From the NCBI GenBank assembly GCA_963848135.1, contig CAWKCK010000017.1, forward strand, positions 1,218,538 through 1,282,537: a stretch of DNA of 64,000 nucleotides, given 5' to 3'. Position numbers and translations under genes: made by a program. This document shows, in pieces, positions 37,053 through 47,773 of this stretch. A model generated the notes under the pieces. That model ran no database searches and was not told where the DNA came from. It saw only the letters and a list, made by a program, of their open reading frames with translations. Within the stretch, counting starts at the first letter, position 1, and the number at the start of each line of letters is the position of its first letter. This stretch comes from an uncultured delta proteobacterium (GTDB lineage Bacteria > Desulfobacterota > Desulfobacteria > Desulfobacterales > SG8-13).

Positions 37053-38216
37053 TTAACGAACCGCCTGTGCTTTTGCTTGTTCAACGAAGGATTCATCGGT
37101 GAGTGCGTGCAGAAATGCAATTAACTGTCTCTTTTCGTCGAGCGTTAGATTGAAACCGGTCATCAGTGGATCTATGGCGGACCCGGTGTCTATTTCGCTA
37201 GTTCGGTATTTGTTGAGGCGAGAATTGCCTCCCGCGGCATAATGATCGAGGACCGCCCCCAAGGTTGGTATGCTGCCATCGTGCATATAAGGGGCAGTCA
37301 GAGCGATGTTCCGCAAAGTCGGCGCCCTGAATTTGCCCATATCGCCAATGAGTCCGCTATGCCGGTGTAAACCGGTATTGGGCTCCGGATAGGCGCCTTG
37401 TCCGTCCTCATTGTAAAGTGCGGTATTGTGTAATCGGGCATCGGGTGTATCGTTTCCCTCATAGGCCACCGGCCCCGAAAAATTGAATCCGGCATGACAA
37501 CGAAAGCAACTCAAGCGCTGGGAAAAAAACAATCTCGCTCCGGCGCGCTGATCCTTGTCCAGAGCATCTGTTTGACCGCCGTAGGCCCAACGGTCGTAAG
37601 CTGAGTTTCCGGAAATGAGTGTCCTTTCGAATGAGGCCAATGCATAGATGATATTGCGCATGCTGATGGGGTTTTGCTCCCCAACAAACGCCCTATAGAA
37701 GAGCCGACGCACGCGGCGGTCATTTTTGAATCGGTCCAAGACATCTTCTTCGTGATCGGCCACCCCCATTTCGGGTGGTTGGGTATTGTACAGCGGCACG
37801 AGGATCTGATCTTCGAGGCTTGTGAGATTGGGATCATCCCACCCCAGGGTGGCGTTATATGCCACGTTAGTCAGGGACATTGCTGAGCGAGGATGGATGT
37901 TACCCGCTATCCCCACGGCCCGACTTCGACCGTCGGTGAAAGCGCGCTCGGGCTGGTGGCAGCTGGAGCACGAGACAGTACCGTCACCCGACAAGCGTGA
38001 ATCGTAGAAGAGTTGCCGACCGAGCTCGACCTTTACGCTGGTCATTGGATTGTCCTCAGGAACCTGAGGAGTAGGAAAGCCTTCAGGAACCTGCCAGACA
38101 TACCCTGGCAACCGATTTTGATCTACCGTTTTTGCCCCTTCGAATTCGTAATCACAGGCGATCAAAGACGCCTGTAACACTGCGGCAACGGACGCCACAA
38201 TCAGGCTTGCTACCAT
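37053..38216 (-). CDS. di-haem cytochrome c peroxidase (CCP/MauG family), lipoprotein
   Basis: 387 aa with two CxxCH motifs (CSSCH, CFRCH) and lipobox LIAC. Confidence 0.9.
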   Translation of the reverse strand: MVASLIVASVAAVLQASLIACDYEFEGAKTVDQNRLPGYVWQVPEGFPTPQVPEDNPMTSVKVELGRQLFYDSRLSGDGTVSCSSCHQPERAFTDGRSRAVGIAGNIHPRSAMSLTNVAYNATLGWDDPNLTSLEDQILVPLYNTQPPEMGVADHEEDVLDRFKNDRRVRRLFYRAFVGEQNPISMRNIIYALASFERTLISGNSAYDRWAYGGQTDALDKDQRAGARLFFSQRLSCFRCHAGFNFSGPVAYEGNDTPDARLHNTALYNEDGQGAYPEPNTGLHRHSGLIGDMGKFRAPTLRNIALTAPYMHDGSIPTLGAVLDHYAAGGNSRLNKYRTSEIDTGSAIDPLMTGFNLTLDEKRQLIAFLHALTDESFVEQAKAQAVR

Positions 38217-38707
38217 GCCTTGACCAGTCCGTCCAGGCCTTCGGGCTCCTCACCGGATGCAATGGCAGCTTGAAGGGCATCGGCAAGTCCTCGATTGAGG
38301 CGAGTCAATTGTTGATGGTCCGCCAAGGCCTTCTGCTCATCACCCATAAGCATGTATAACACTCCTCGATACATGTAAGCTTCAGCCAAATTTGAATCAA
38401 GTTCAATGGCTCGATTGTAATGAGATAGTGCCTCTTCATATTTTGAATTCCCCTGCTTTCTCAGGGAGTACCCTAAGTTATTGTGCGCCTCTGCCATGTT
38501 GGGATTCTTTTCCACCGCGGCTTTGAACTTCTTTTCGGCTAGGTCGTATTTGCCCTCTTTCATCAGTTTCACACCGGAGTTATATTCCGAAACACCCGGA
38601 CGTTGGTCGCTGGCTGGTTTCGGACTGCTTCCCGCGGCGAACGCTTGAACAAAAAGAAACGTTATGGTCACGGTGATGGCTGAAAGCCCAATCAGTATTT
38701 TTTTCAT
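38210..38707 (-). CDS. secreted TPR-repeat protein
   Basis: Signal peptide MKKILIGLSAITVTITFLFVQAFA followed by 3 TPR units. Overlaps the downstream gene by 7 nt. Confidence 0.85.
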   Translation of the reverse strand: MKKILIGLSAITVTITFLFVQAFAAGSSPKPASDQRPGVSEYNSGVKLMKEGKYDLAEKKFKAAVEKNPNMAEAHNNLGYSLRKQGNSKYEEALSHYNRAIELDSNLAEAYMYRGVLYMLMGDEQKALADHQQLTRLNRGLADALQAAIASGEEPEGLDGLVKAW

Positions 38708-39113
38708 GATGTACACCTTTCCAAGTAGGCCTAAAGGTTAGTGGGTAATGATGCATTCGTCGCCCTATTTGGCACAAGACTCAGTAATGGCAAACATAAA
38801 TATAATAAAGTGATTTTCAAGTGAGCTTGGGCAGGATTTGTTTAATAGAGTCCCGAAGCCCACATTTTCATGCATGTCATGCCTTTTTATCTATCCTACG
38901 TTAAAACCGGTATGAGTCGAATACTCGGTGGCTCTCACAGTCGCATACCTTTGTAAGGTATTCTCATTTAAACCACCCCCAAGCGCAACTCGATATTATT
39001 TTCCAAAATTGTCAATGGCTCTGTCTTTTTTAACTTGATACGTACCTGGATTTACCCCAATTTAGTGGACACCTCAGAAAGCCCGAGGTATATGGGCAAC
39101 AGGAGGTGTTCCA

Positions 39114-39413
39114 ATGTCAAAGAAACAAAGAAAGACCTACAGCCGAGAATTCAAGAAGGAAGCTGTGGCGCTGATCACCGAAAAGGGATACAGCATGGCC
39201 GAAGCCTCCCGGAATCTGGGTATCGAATACAGCATCCTGCGCCGCTGGAAAAAACAGCTGGCCGATGACCCCCAAAACGCATTTCCCGGCAAGGGACAAC
39301 TTAAAACTGCCGACCGGGAAATGCGGGAACTCCAGCGGAAATTGGAGCGAGTTACCGAAGAGCGTGATATCTTAAAAAAAGCACTGGCCTACTTTGCGGA
39401 GGATCAGAAATGA
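39114..39413 (+). CDS. IS3-family transposase OrfA (HTH)
   Basis: MSKKQRKTYSREFKKEAVALITEKGYSMAEASRNLGI... Confidence 0.9.
   Translation: MSKKQRKTYSREFKKEAVALITEKGYSMAEASRNLGIEYSILRRWKKQLADDPQNAFPGKGQLKTADREMRELQRKLERVTEERDILKKALAYFAEDQK
39374..39381 (+). promoter_or_regulatory. IS3 -1 programmed frameshift site (A AAA AAG type)
   Basis: ttAAAAAAAG near the orfA 3' end. The -1 frame runs into orfB. Confidence 0.6.
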
Positions 39414-40050
39414 AATTTCGTTTCATCTCTGCCCACCGGGAGACGTTCAAGGTAGGCCGCATGTGCACGCTGCTCAAAGTCTCCCGCTCTGGTTACTATA
39501 CCTGGCTGAAGCGTCCAGAGAGCCGTCGAAGTCTTGAGAACCGAGCTCTGGAAGACAAGATCCGCGTCTTTCATGCCGCCAGTCACGGCATCTACGGATC
39601 ACCCAAGATTCACCGGGATCTTATCGATGATGGCGTGCGATGCGGTAAAAACCGTGTCGCACGAATCATGCGTGAAGCCGGTATCCGGTCTCGGACCAAA
39701 AAGAAATTCAAAGCGACGACCAACTCCCGGCACAACCTGCCGGTAGCGCCAAACCTGCTGAACCAGGATTTCACTGTGGATGCTCCTGACCGTACTTGGG
39801 TTAGCGATATTACCTACATCCATACCGAGAAAGGATGGCTATATCTGGCCGTGCTGCTGGATCTGTTCAACCGCGAGATCGTCGGTTGGGCAACCTCATC
39901 TCGGATGACCCGCCAACTGGCGATTGATGCACTGTGCAGATGGCTCTTGGCCGCCGAACTCCTGCACAGGGCTTGATTCACCACTCGGATCGGGGCAGTC
40001 AATACGCTTCCGGCGATTATCAAAAACTCCTTTCCAAGCATGCCATTACT
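39410..40050 (+). pseudogene. IS3-family transposase OrfB, frameshifted (~39930) and truncated
   Basis: ..DITYIHTEKGWLYLAVLLDLFNREIVGWA.. then a shift to ..[27 protein letters not shown]. Confidence 0.8.
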
Positions 40051-41514
40051 TGGCTGATGGCGTGGCAGGAAATCAGCGAGCAGACGAGAACGGCGTTGCT
40101 GGAGCCGGTGCGCTTCAGCCATTATAAACAAGTGCCAGACGGCACGTTGCTGAGCATCAGAACGCTGCGTCCCGGTCCAACGGAAGATCTCACCGATCTC
40201 GCCGACTTGAAGCTGCTGATCGGCCCGATCAGGGCGATCACGGTGCGATCCGGGACAGTCGCCGTTGTGGACGAGTTGCGACAGAACCTGTCGTCGGATA
40301 GGTCGCTGGTGACGGCAATGGACTTGCTGGGGTCTATGGTGTCGGGTATGACCAACCGGATGGAACCGGTCATCTCCGATCTGACCCAAGACATCGATGA
40401 CGTCGAGGATGCACTGCTCGACGGCAGTTCAGTACCACACCCGCAGACGCTGAGCGAGTTTCGGCGCCGAATCTTTCGCACCAGACGGCAAGTGAATTCC
40501 ACCCAGCAGGTGCTTTCTCCGATGACGACCGATCCCGCCCTGGCCCTGGATGCCGACGATCGTGAAACGCTGGTCAGGGCGTCACAGCACGTCACCCGCC
40601 ATTTAGACGGGCTGGAGGAATACCGCACGCGGGTGCAGATGCTGGAGGATCAGGTCGAGGCGCAACGCTCGGAGACCATGACCCGTTCCAGCTTCAATCT
40701 GACCATCGTTGCGACTGTGTTCTTGCCGCTGACCTTCATTACCGGCTTGCTAGGGATGAACGTCGCTGGAATCCCCGACCAACATAATCCGTATGGTTTC
40801 TGGCTGGTGACCGGCTTGTCCGTCATCATTTCCCTACTGGCATGGTTTTTACTGCGTCGTAAAGTGTACGATCGCTATCTGGATATGGCAAGTACCGATA
40901 AAAAGAAACCTGGGCGACTGCCGGAGACTTCTCTATCAGATGGCGCAGGATTGACGTCCGCCTCCAAGGAGTCTAGACGGGAGCATGACAAGCGATGCGA
41001 CCCTCCGCCCGACACCGAAGGTGGGCATCAAGACAAATCAGATGGAGCAAAAGTGGACGGACATCGACCTTGTTCTTGGAGCAAGATTGCTGGGGTCCAT
41101 GTCTTTGCACTGCTGCTTTCGCTTGTGCTGTTCGCTTTTCATGTATTCGTGATCTTCGATGCATCTGGCGAGGTGGTTCGTCACAAGGCATGGCTGCTGG
41201 CACATCTGGGACCGGAAAATTACGGCAAGATCATCCTCCTTGGTTGCTTTTTGTTACTTACGTTGGCGCACCTGTCGGAGGCCGCGGCATGGGGCCTGTT
41301 CTTGCGCTGGACGCGGCTAATACCAAGCCTTACGGAAGGCATCTATTTCACCGCCACGACGATCACGACTCTGGGCTACGGCGACATCCTGCTGAAGTAT
41401 CCTTGGCGACATCTCGGGACATTTATTGCGATAACGGGGGTGCTGATGTTCGGCTGTTCAACGGCGTACTTGTTCGTGATCTTGCAGGACGTCTGGGTGC
41501 ATCACTTTTACTAG
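40051..41514 (+). CDS. 5'-truncated CorA/ZntB-like transporter fused in frame to a 2-TM K+-channel pore domain
   Basis: Part of ORF 39934-41514. CorA signature ..[17 protein letters not shown].., then ..[17 protein letters not shown].. selectivity filter, with no stop codon between. Confidence 0.65.
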   Translation, partial: WLMAWQEISEQTRTALLEPVRFSHYKQVPDGTLLSIRTLRPGPTEDLTDLADLKLLIGPIRAITVRSGTVAVVDELRQNLSSDRSLVTAMDLLGSMVSGMTNRMEPVISDLTQDIDDVEDALLDGSSVPHPQTLSEFRRRIFRTRRQVNSTQQVLSPMTTDPALALDADDRETLVRASQHVTRHLDGLEEYRTRVQMLEDQVEAQRSETMTRSSFNLTIVATVFLPLTFITGLLGMNVAGIPDQHNPYGFWLVTGLSVIISLLAWFLLRRKVYDRYLDMASTDKKKPGRLPETSLSDGAGLTSASKESRREHDKRCDPPPDTEGGHQDKSDGAKVDGHRPCSWSKIAGVHVFALLLSLVLFAFHVFVIFDASGEVVRHKAWLLAHLGPENYGKIILLGCFLLLTLAHLSEAAAWGLFLRWTRLIPSLTEGIYFTATTITTLGYGDILLKYPWRHLGTFIAITGVLMFGCSTAYLFVILQDVWVHHFY

Positions 41515-41780
41515 GGGTCCTGTGGAAGAACCCTCGAAAATGACGAGTATCGGCAGCCGCCTATACTTTAATCAGAAATCGCCTGAAAAGGTTATTTTGA
41601 GGACTGTGCTTATAGGCTGCAAAAAAGTTAAAAAATCAAACATGGAAAGGTAGCCTAACACTACTGAGTTATGCAAATTCAGAGCATATCATAACTTTTC
41701 TCTGAAACAAGATAACTCAATATATCAGCACTTTCGTAATATTAACAACATGATTTTATTGGTCCACAGAGGAGATCACT

Positions 41781-43790
41781 GTGTTTAATTTGTACTCGAA
41801 ATTCGATTTCCCCACCGCTCTACGGTGGTGGCTTGCCCTCGTCCTGATTTGCTGCGTCGCCACTTCCATTCACGCCCAGGAAACGACAGAAACCAAATCA
41901 GTCGGGGAGAACACGCTCACGGGGACGCAGCAGACTGCCAGCGGTAAGCCCACGATCAGACCCATCCGAACGGACAGCCCGCGTAACACGCTCAAATCTT
42001 TTCTCCGCCTCAGGGACGAGCTGGAACAGACCTTGCGTTCCTATAGGTTGAACAACAAATCCCGTGAGCTTGCCGAGCAGATGGAGGTGATCTCTGATCA
42101 GCTCGTGGCGCTGCTTGATTTGTCATCGGTGGCGCGGGCCTCACGCCGCGAGATCGGGATCGACACGATCGCCTATCTGCTCGACATCCTTGGGCGTGTC
42201 GAATTGCCTGATCTTGAAAGTGTTCCTGACGAAGAGGCCTTCGAAGATGATGTGTCACCCGCGAAATGGCGCATCCCCGGCACCCCGATCCGGATCGTCC
42301 GGGCCGATGAGGGAGCGCGCGAGGGGGAGTTTCTGTTCAGCGAGCGCACGGTTATGGCCGCGCCGCGATTCTATCGGAGTATTGAAGATCTGCCTCTGCA
42401 AACGTCTTTGTCTATCATTAGCTGGCATCGCGCTGTGCGCCAGTTTACTGGACCGATGATCCCGGCGGCGGTGCTCAGAATCGTACCGCAAAGTCTACGC
42501 GACTTCTGGCTGGATACACCAAAGTGGAAAGTCATGGCGGTGGTCCTTATTAGTGCTCTCGCAACGCTCCTGCTGTTCGTCTTTCACAGTGCGATCAACC
42601 GTCGCGAAACCGACAATCGGGTCGGCTTCCTGCTGCGTCGTGCCCTGACGCCAATCGCGATCCTCGTGGTGGTCTGGAGCATAGATGATTTCATTACCCA
42701 CCAAATCTTTGTTTCAGGCGCATTTTCGACCGTGGTTGGCGATATGGCAACCATTTTGATCCATGCCGGCGCGGTCTGGCTTTTATGGCTGGTCATGCTT
42801 GCCATTTTCGAGCGCATCGTCCAGGCACGGGATATCCCGGAAGATAGCTTCGACGCGCATCTCTGGCGCCTTGGTGCCCGTACCATCGGGATCGCGGCCA
42901 GCGTGGTGATCATCGGTAATGCAGCGCAGGCGCTGGGGCTGCCCCTCTACAGCGTGGTGGCTGGACTAGGTATTGGCGGTTTGGCAGTCGCGCTTGCGAT
43001 TCGCCCGACTCTCGAAAACCTGATCGGCGGCATCATGCTCTATCTGGACCAGCCCGTGCGGGTCGGGGATTTCTGCTCTTTCGGTGACAAAACCGGCACC
43101 GTCGAAGCCATCGGCGTGCGCACGACCAAGATCCGGGCGCTCGATCGCACCCTGATCACGGTTCCCAACGCCGCCCTCGCAGACATGCAGCTGATCAACT
43201 GGGCGAAATGCGATCGGATGCTGATCAAAGCGACCATCGGTCTCCGCTACGAGACCGAAAATGATCAATTGCGCCATGTGCTGGTGAAGTTTCGCGAGAT
43301 GCTCCATGCCCATCCCAAGATCCACTCCGACACGGTACGCGTGCGTTTTGCAGACTTCGGTCAATCCTCCCTCGACATTGGCGTCCGGATATATGCGCTT
43401 ACCCAGGACTTCAACGAATACCACGCCATACGCGAAGACGTCTTGCTGCGAATGAGCGAGATAGTTAAAAAGTCGGGAAGCAGCTTTGCCTTTCCGTCAC
43501 AGACCCTCTACATGGGTCGCGACGACGGACTCGACGGTGAGCGTGGCGAGACGGCTGCGAAAGAAGTTGAATCTTGGCGCAAAGCCGGTAAGCTGCCGTT
43601 TCCAAGACTTGCGGCTGACAGAATTGAGCAGCTCAAAGGTACTCTCGACTATCCACCGCGGGGCTCGGTCGAGGCCGGCACTTTCGAGTCGCAGGTGTGG
43701 GAAACGTCCGAGCGGCTCTCCGCCGAGCCGGACGACGAAGAGGAGAGCGATCGCAAACCGCCATCGCAAAAACGTGGAGAGGATTCATAG
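41781..43790 (+). CDS. MscS-family mechanosensitive channel (large, with periplasmic N-domain)
   Basis: 669 aa. GTG after aggagatc. ..GIGGLAVALAIRPTLENLIGGIMLYLDQPVRVGDF..GTVEAIGVRTTKIR... Confidence 0.9.
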   Translation: MFNLYSKFDFPTALRWWLALVLICCVATSIHAQETTETKSVGENTLTGTQQTASGKPTIRPIRTDSPRNTLKSFLRLRDELEQTLRSYRLNNKSRELAEQMEVISDQLVALLDLSSVARASRREIGIDTIAYLLDILGRVELPDLESVPDEEAFEDDVSPAKWRIPGTPIRIVRADEGAREGEFLFSERTVMAAPRFYRSIEDLPLQTSLSIISWHRAVRQFTGPMIPAAVLRIVPQSLRDFWLDTPKWKVMAVVLISALATLLLFVFHSAINRRETDNRVGFLLRRALTPIAILVVVWSIDDFITHQIFVSGAFSTVVGDMATILIHAGAVWLLWLVMLAIFERIVQARDIPEDSFDAHLWRLGARTIGIAASVVIIGNAAQALGLPLYSVVAGLGIGGLAVALAIRPTLENLIGGIMLYLDQPVRVGDFCSFGDKTGTVEAIGVRTTKIRALDRTLITVPNAALADMQLINWAKCDRMLIKATIGLRYETENDQLRHVLVKFREMLHAHPKIHSDTVRVRFADFGQSSLDIGVRIYALTQDFNEYHAIREDVLLRMSEIVKKSGSSFAFPSQTLYMGRDDGLDGERGETAAKEVESWRKAGKLPFPRLAADRIEQLKGTLDYPPRGSVEAGTFESQVWETSERLSAEPDDEEESDRKPPSQKRGEDS

Positions 43791-43946
43791 GTCGGACAGA
43801 TAAAATTACAAGACGCATATCCTCTGGTAATCTTCCATATTTACAAAACTCAAAATTACCGATACCTCCAGCAAAGTTGGAATTATCAGGGAGCGCCAAA
43901 AGTTATGATATAATAATTTTCAGATTTCAAGGCAGAAGTGTTGCTT

Positions 43947-44105
43947 TCTGCTGATATGTTTGAAAGTGTCAATCAGAAAATACGGGTCCATCCTCATTCA
44001 GACACAGGTAAATTGTTGATATCTCGGCCCTCTGAAGAGGCGCGACTTTTTAGCGACGGATGATCATGCTGATATTTGCAAATTATTACGATACTATTTT
44101 GAAAG
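43947..44105 (+). repeat. ~160-bp duplicated segment, copy B (uninterrupted)
   Basis: See 31002-31130. Its continuation tttgcaaattattacgatactatttt resembles 32472-32505. Confidence 0.8.
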
Positions 44106-44289
44106 TACAAGTGTGCGGGTCACCCTTTTATTGAGTTTTGAAATCACTCCAGATTGCTACTTTAAGAAGCTATTCAGTATCGATTCGGAGAGTGAATAGC
44201 GCATTGCGAAATCCACAAAATGACAGGGTTTTACGATTCAGTTATCAATACGCAATTGCTGTTTTTTTGAATAGACTCAGAAATCTGAA

Positions 44290-45327
44290 TTAAATCGGCA
44301 GCCCTGGAAAGATTTTGTTACTTTGGGATGAAACCTTGATTGAAGCAAGAATAGCGCAAATGTCACCTTCCAAATGCTGGCGCATGGAAGTAGATGATTG
44401 ACGCATGGCATCGGCAGATCTGTGCCGGGCTTCCACTGCAGCGACAGCCAGCAGATGCGCGAACGTATTAACCAGGTAGTCGTTGATTTGCATGAAACAT
44501 CTGCTGCCCGGGTCGTGGCGCCAGTAAATCGGAGAAGACGAACGGGCCATTTCCATTTGAACCATACGGCATATCGGAACGAAAACCTCGGCCATCCACT
44601 CCACGATCGGATCCCTGTAAGCGATCAGCCCTTCCATGCCCAAAGGTCCGTCAGGTGTCAGGCGGCCTTCTCTTTCGAACCAACGGTAACTGGACGTTCC
44701 CCGAAGGACGATCTGACGGTGCCCGAGCAGATTGGCGGTACGATCGAGCCTGTCGAGCAGATCGAGATTTTTTAAAAACGAATAATTCCGGCGAAGGTCC
44801 GACCATACGGCATCCGGAGTAAACATCAGAAATCCAATTTCAGGTTCTATGCCCGCCATGCGACACGATTGAACGGCCCGTTCCCCGGCAGTTACCGAAG
44901 AGCTTTTGTTCAGGTTTCCCAGAATGGCCGCAGATCCACTTTCAATACCCAACAACAGCGTCTGCAAACCGGCGGAACGCAATCGCTTTAAAATATCCTC
45001 ATCGAGATCGTCCGGTCGGGTCTCCATTCCAAAACTAATCCCGAGCGTTTCGAGCCGCTCGGCCAGTTCCAGAACCCGTTGTCTTCCCCGCCGACCGGGA
45101 CCGAAGAAATTGGGATCGACGAAGTAAATGTCGGTAAACCCCCGGTCGACCAGTTCAGCCACCTCTCTGAAAATATTGTCCGGACTGCGGCCGCGCCAGA
45201 GGGTCCCTTGATTGTAAAAAGAGGGAATCGGGCAAAAGCTGAAGTGATTGTAGCAGCCCCGGCTGGCCAGTACGCTGGCGGTAAGATTGTCAGATGCAGA
45301 TGTCCGCCGCGTATCAGGGGTCCACAA
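44290..45327 (-). pseudogene. radical-SAM (B12-binding class-like) gene remnant
   Basis: ..ASRGCYNHFSFCPIP.. has Phe where the middle Cys of CxxxCxxC belongs. An in-frame TAG lies 20 codons upstream of the ORF, and no B12-binding N-domain is present. Confidence 0.5.
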
Positions 45328-46377
45328 CTCGTCAGAAACACGGCGCGGAAAAGGAAATCGATCGGGATCGACTTCCGGATCGTTCTACTCCCCGCGCCTT
45401 CCCACACCGCTTCGTTAAGGATAGCAGTATGCGATGTAGTGGCTCTTGCGGGTTTCGTCCCCGGATACAGCGGCGGGTCCGTGCCGGATTTTCACCGGCT
45501 TCCCTAAATGGCCTTCTTAAAGGCCGCCAACAACGGTATTTTAATTATCGAGCGCTTTATCTATATTTCGGGAAAAGACATGTCAAGAGTAAACTATTGT
45601 TGTTTCGGGTCACCGCCCGCTGTGAAAGCGGTGGCGTGTTTACTTTACTGCTGAGGAAATAAAACACCGGTTTCATAGCTTTCGATGGAATAGCTGTAAC
45701 TTTGTGTGCCGAGCTTGACGATTTCCCGATACACGAGCAGCTTTCGCGGCAGTGTCCATCCGCTCTGGGCGCCGTCAATATTTGCCGTTTGAATTTGGTA
45801 ATACAGGCTGTAATTGTTGGTGTCTTGAACTCGATAGATGCAGCGGTTGTTGGCGGGCACCCACACCGCACCGTTTTCTTTGGCTTTGTATATGCCCTGG
45901 GTACAATGCGGATAATCGCGCCTGAATATTTATCTCCTGACTGGCTTCGGCTAGTAAACAAAAACCATACCAACCGGGGCAGACGATGAATAAAATTACA
46001 AATTAATAATTATTCTAAATTCTTAAAGGCATATCATCCATGGCGAGACTATTGACAAGGCGGGTAAATAAACCAAATCATTTTACCATTTTGGTATGGT
46101 AGAGAACAAAAGTAAAATCATTCCTGTTATATAGAAGAAATCGTATCAAATTGGTGCGGTACAGTTAAAAAGTCCCCAAAACCACAGCGAAACCGGCCGG
46201 ATACCTGACAGTTACTCGTCGATAGGCGCTCTCGATTGGGTACGTCCATCGACATTTCGTGGGTTGTCATGATTTTATTTCAGAATGGAAAACCTGGCCC
46301 TCGGGGCCAGTCGAAGATCCCACCATCGGGGGTCAGAAATAATCGGCTATGCCTCAGAGCAACACTGTTTATTGGTT

Positions 46378-47751
46378 TCAAGTTTCGGTCCTGAAATGGA
46401 TGCTCTTGCGGCGCGTAAGGTGGAAAAAACCATACACAGACAGGCTCGAGCCTTTACCGCTGTCACCGAAACCTGACCACGGCAGGGCCGGATCGAGATA
46501 GTCGCATCGATTCTGGTATACGGTGCCGACCTTCAACCGACGGGAAAACCACTCTGCCCGCGCCCGGTCTGCGGTCCAAACTGAAGCCGTCAGGCCAAAA
46601 CGGGAATCGTTCATCCGTTCCAGGGCCTCTCGGTCGCCTTCCACCATGAGAACGGGCAGTAACGGTCCGAAGCTTTCGGCCTGCATGACCGCCGCTTCGT
46701 TGGGCACGGCGGTCAATAATGTGGGCGGGTAAAAATTCCCAGTCGTTACCGCCGGTCGGCGGCCACCAAGGATGATTTCTGCACCCCGCTGCACGGCGTC
46801 AGCCACCTGGTGGTCGAGATAATCGGGGGCCTGGGCCGAAGCCAAGGGCCCCATGGTCGTCTCTTCATCCAGGGGATCCCCCAAGCGGTATTGGCGCATG
46901 ATGGCTTCAGACCGTTCGATGAAATCCTCGTAGCAGTTCCGATGCACGTAGACCCGTTCGACGGCGCAGCACGACTGACCTGCATTGTAGCAGGCCCCGT
47001 CCACCACGTTGGGCACCGTAAATTCCAGATCCGCGTCCGCGGCAATATAGGCGGGATCCTTGCCGCCCAATTCCAAACCCACGTCGATAAAACGCCCGGC
47101 CACGGCGCGATGTATCGCTCGTCCCCCAGGAACCGAACCGGTGAAGACCACGTGATCCACACCACCATTGTGGATCATAGCGAGGGTTTGATCATGGGTG
47201 AGGATGAGATTCTGAACCAGTCCGGGAGCCTGTTGACCGAAAGCTTTCTCGAAATGCAACCCGCACAGGGGCGTCCTGGCACTGTGCTTGAGCAGAACGC
47301 TGTTCCCGGCTAAAAGGGCTGGGATGACCACATTGACGGCGATGAGCAATGGATAATTCCAGGCGGCGATATCCAAGACGATCCCGAGGGGTTCATGCTC
47401 AATCCTGCGGTGAAAACCGACCTTGCCAGGCAAAATTTCGGCAGAAAGAGCGTCCGGTGCAATGGCCAGCATGTGCTCTGCTCTTTCGAAAAAGCCGCCG
47501 AACTCGTTACGGGACTGGTTGATCGGTTTTCCCATCTGGCGGCTAATCTCCTCGGCAATAACCGCTTTGTTCGTACGAAAATAATCCAATCCCTTTTTAA
47601 CAGTGTCGATCCGCTCCTCAAGAGGCGCCTGGCGCCATTTTTCGACGCTGCGGCGAGCGGTATCGATTTTATCCCCGATGCGGCTATCCGTGTCGTAGGG
47701 CAGTTCGGCAACGACTTCCTGATTAAATGGATTGTAAACCTTCAGCGTCAT
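46378..47751 (-). CDS. NAD(P)-dependent aldehyde dehydrogenase family protein
   Basis: Start chosen at MTLKVYNPFN... ..ELGGKDP.., ..YNAGQSCCAVERV.. catalytic Cys motif. Confidence 0.9.
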   Translation of the reverse strand: MTLKVYNPFNQEVVAELPYDTDSRIGDKIDTARRSVEKWRQAPLEERIDTVKKGLDYFRTNKAVIAEEISRQMGKPINQSRNEFGGFFERAEHMLAIAPDALSAEILPGKVGFHRRIEHEPLGIVLDIAAWNYPLLIAVNVVIPALLAGNSVLLKHSARTPLCGLHFEKAFGQQAPGLVQNLILTHDQTLAMIHNGGVDHVVFTGSVPGGRAIHRAVAGRFIDVGLELGGKDPAYIAADADLEFTVPNVVDGACYNAGQSCCAVERVYVHRNCYEDFIERSEAIMRQYRLGDPLDEETTMGPLASAQAPDYLDHQVADAVQRGAEIILGGRRPAVTTGNFYPPTLLTAVPNEAAVMQAESFGPLLPVLMVEGDREALERMNDSRFGLTASVWTADRARAEWFSRRLKVGTVYQNRCDYLDPALPWSGFGDSGKGSSLSVYGFFHLTRRKSIHFRTET

Positions 47752-47773
47752 GTCTCTTCCTCGGAGAGGCTTT

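Larger units (their letters stand above)
39036..40050 (+). mobile_element. IS3-family element, 3'-truncated
   Basis: The left end starts TGATACG... orfA and orfB are present. orfB homology stops at ..LLSKHAIT and no right IR is found. Confidence 0.7.

Noticed and set aside
39934-40050. Treating ORF 39934-41514 as one native gene
   Set aside because: Its first 39 codons are the out-of-frame tail of the IS3 OrfB (..[21 protein letters not shown]..). The real host gene is 5'-truncated.
31002-44105. The two ~160-bp direct repeats as attL/attR of a 13-kb integrated island
   Set aside because: No integrase lies next to either copy. One copy is simply interrupted by an IS110 element, and the tRNA 3' end is not part of the repeat. 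The segment duplication is kept only as an observation.
45645-45866. Possible small beta-rich protein (..DYPHCTQGIYKAKENGAVWVPANNRCIYRVQ..)
   Set aside because: The conserved-looking frame has no acceptable start codon after the upstream TAA (only ATA/ATT near the RBS, or a late GTG). I could not decide between a real gene and a remnant.
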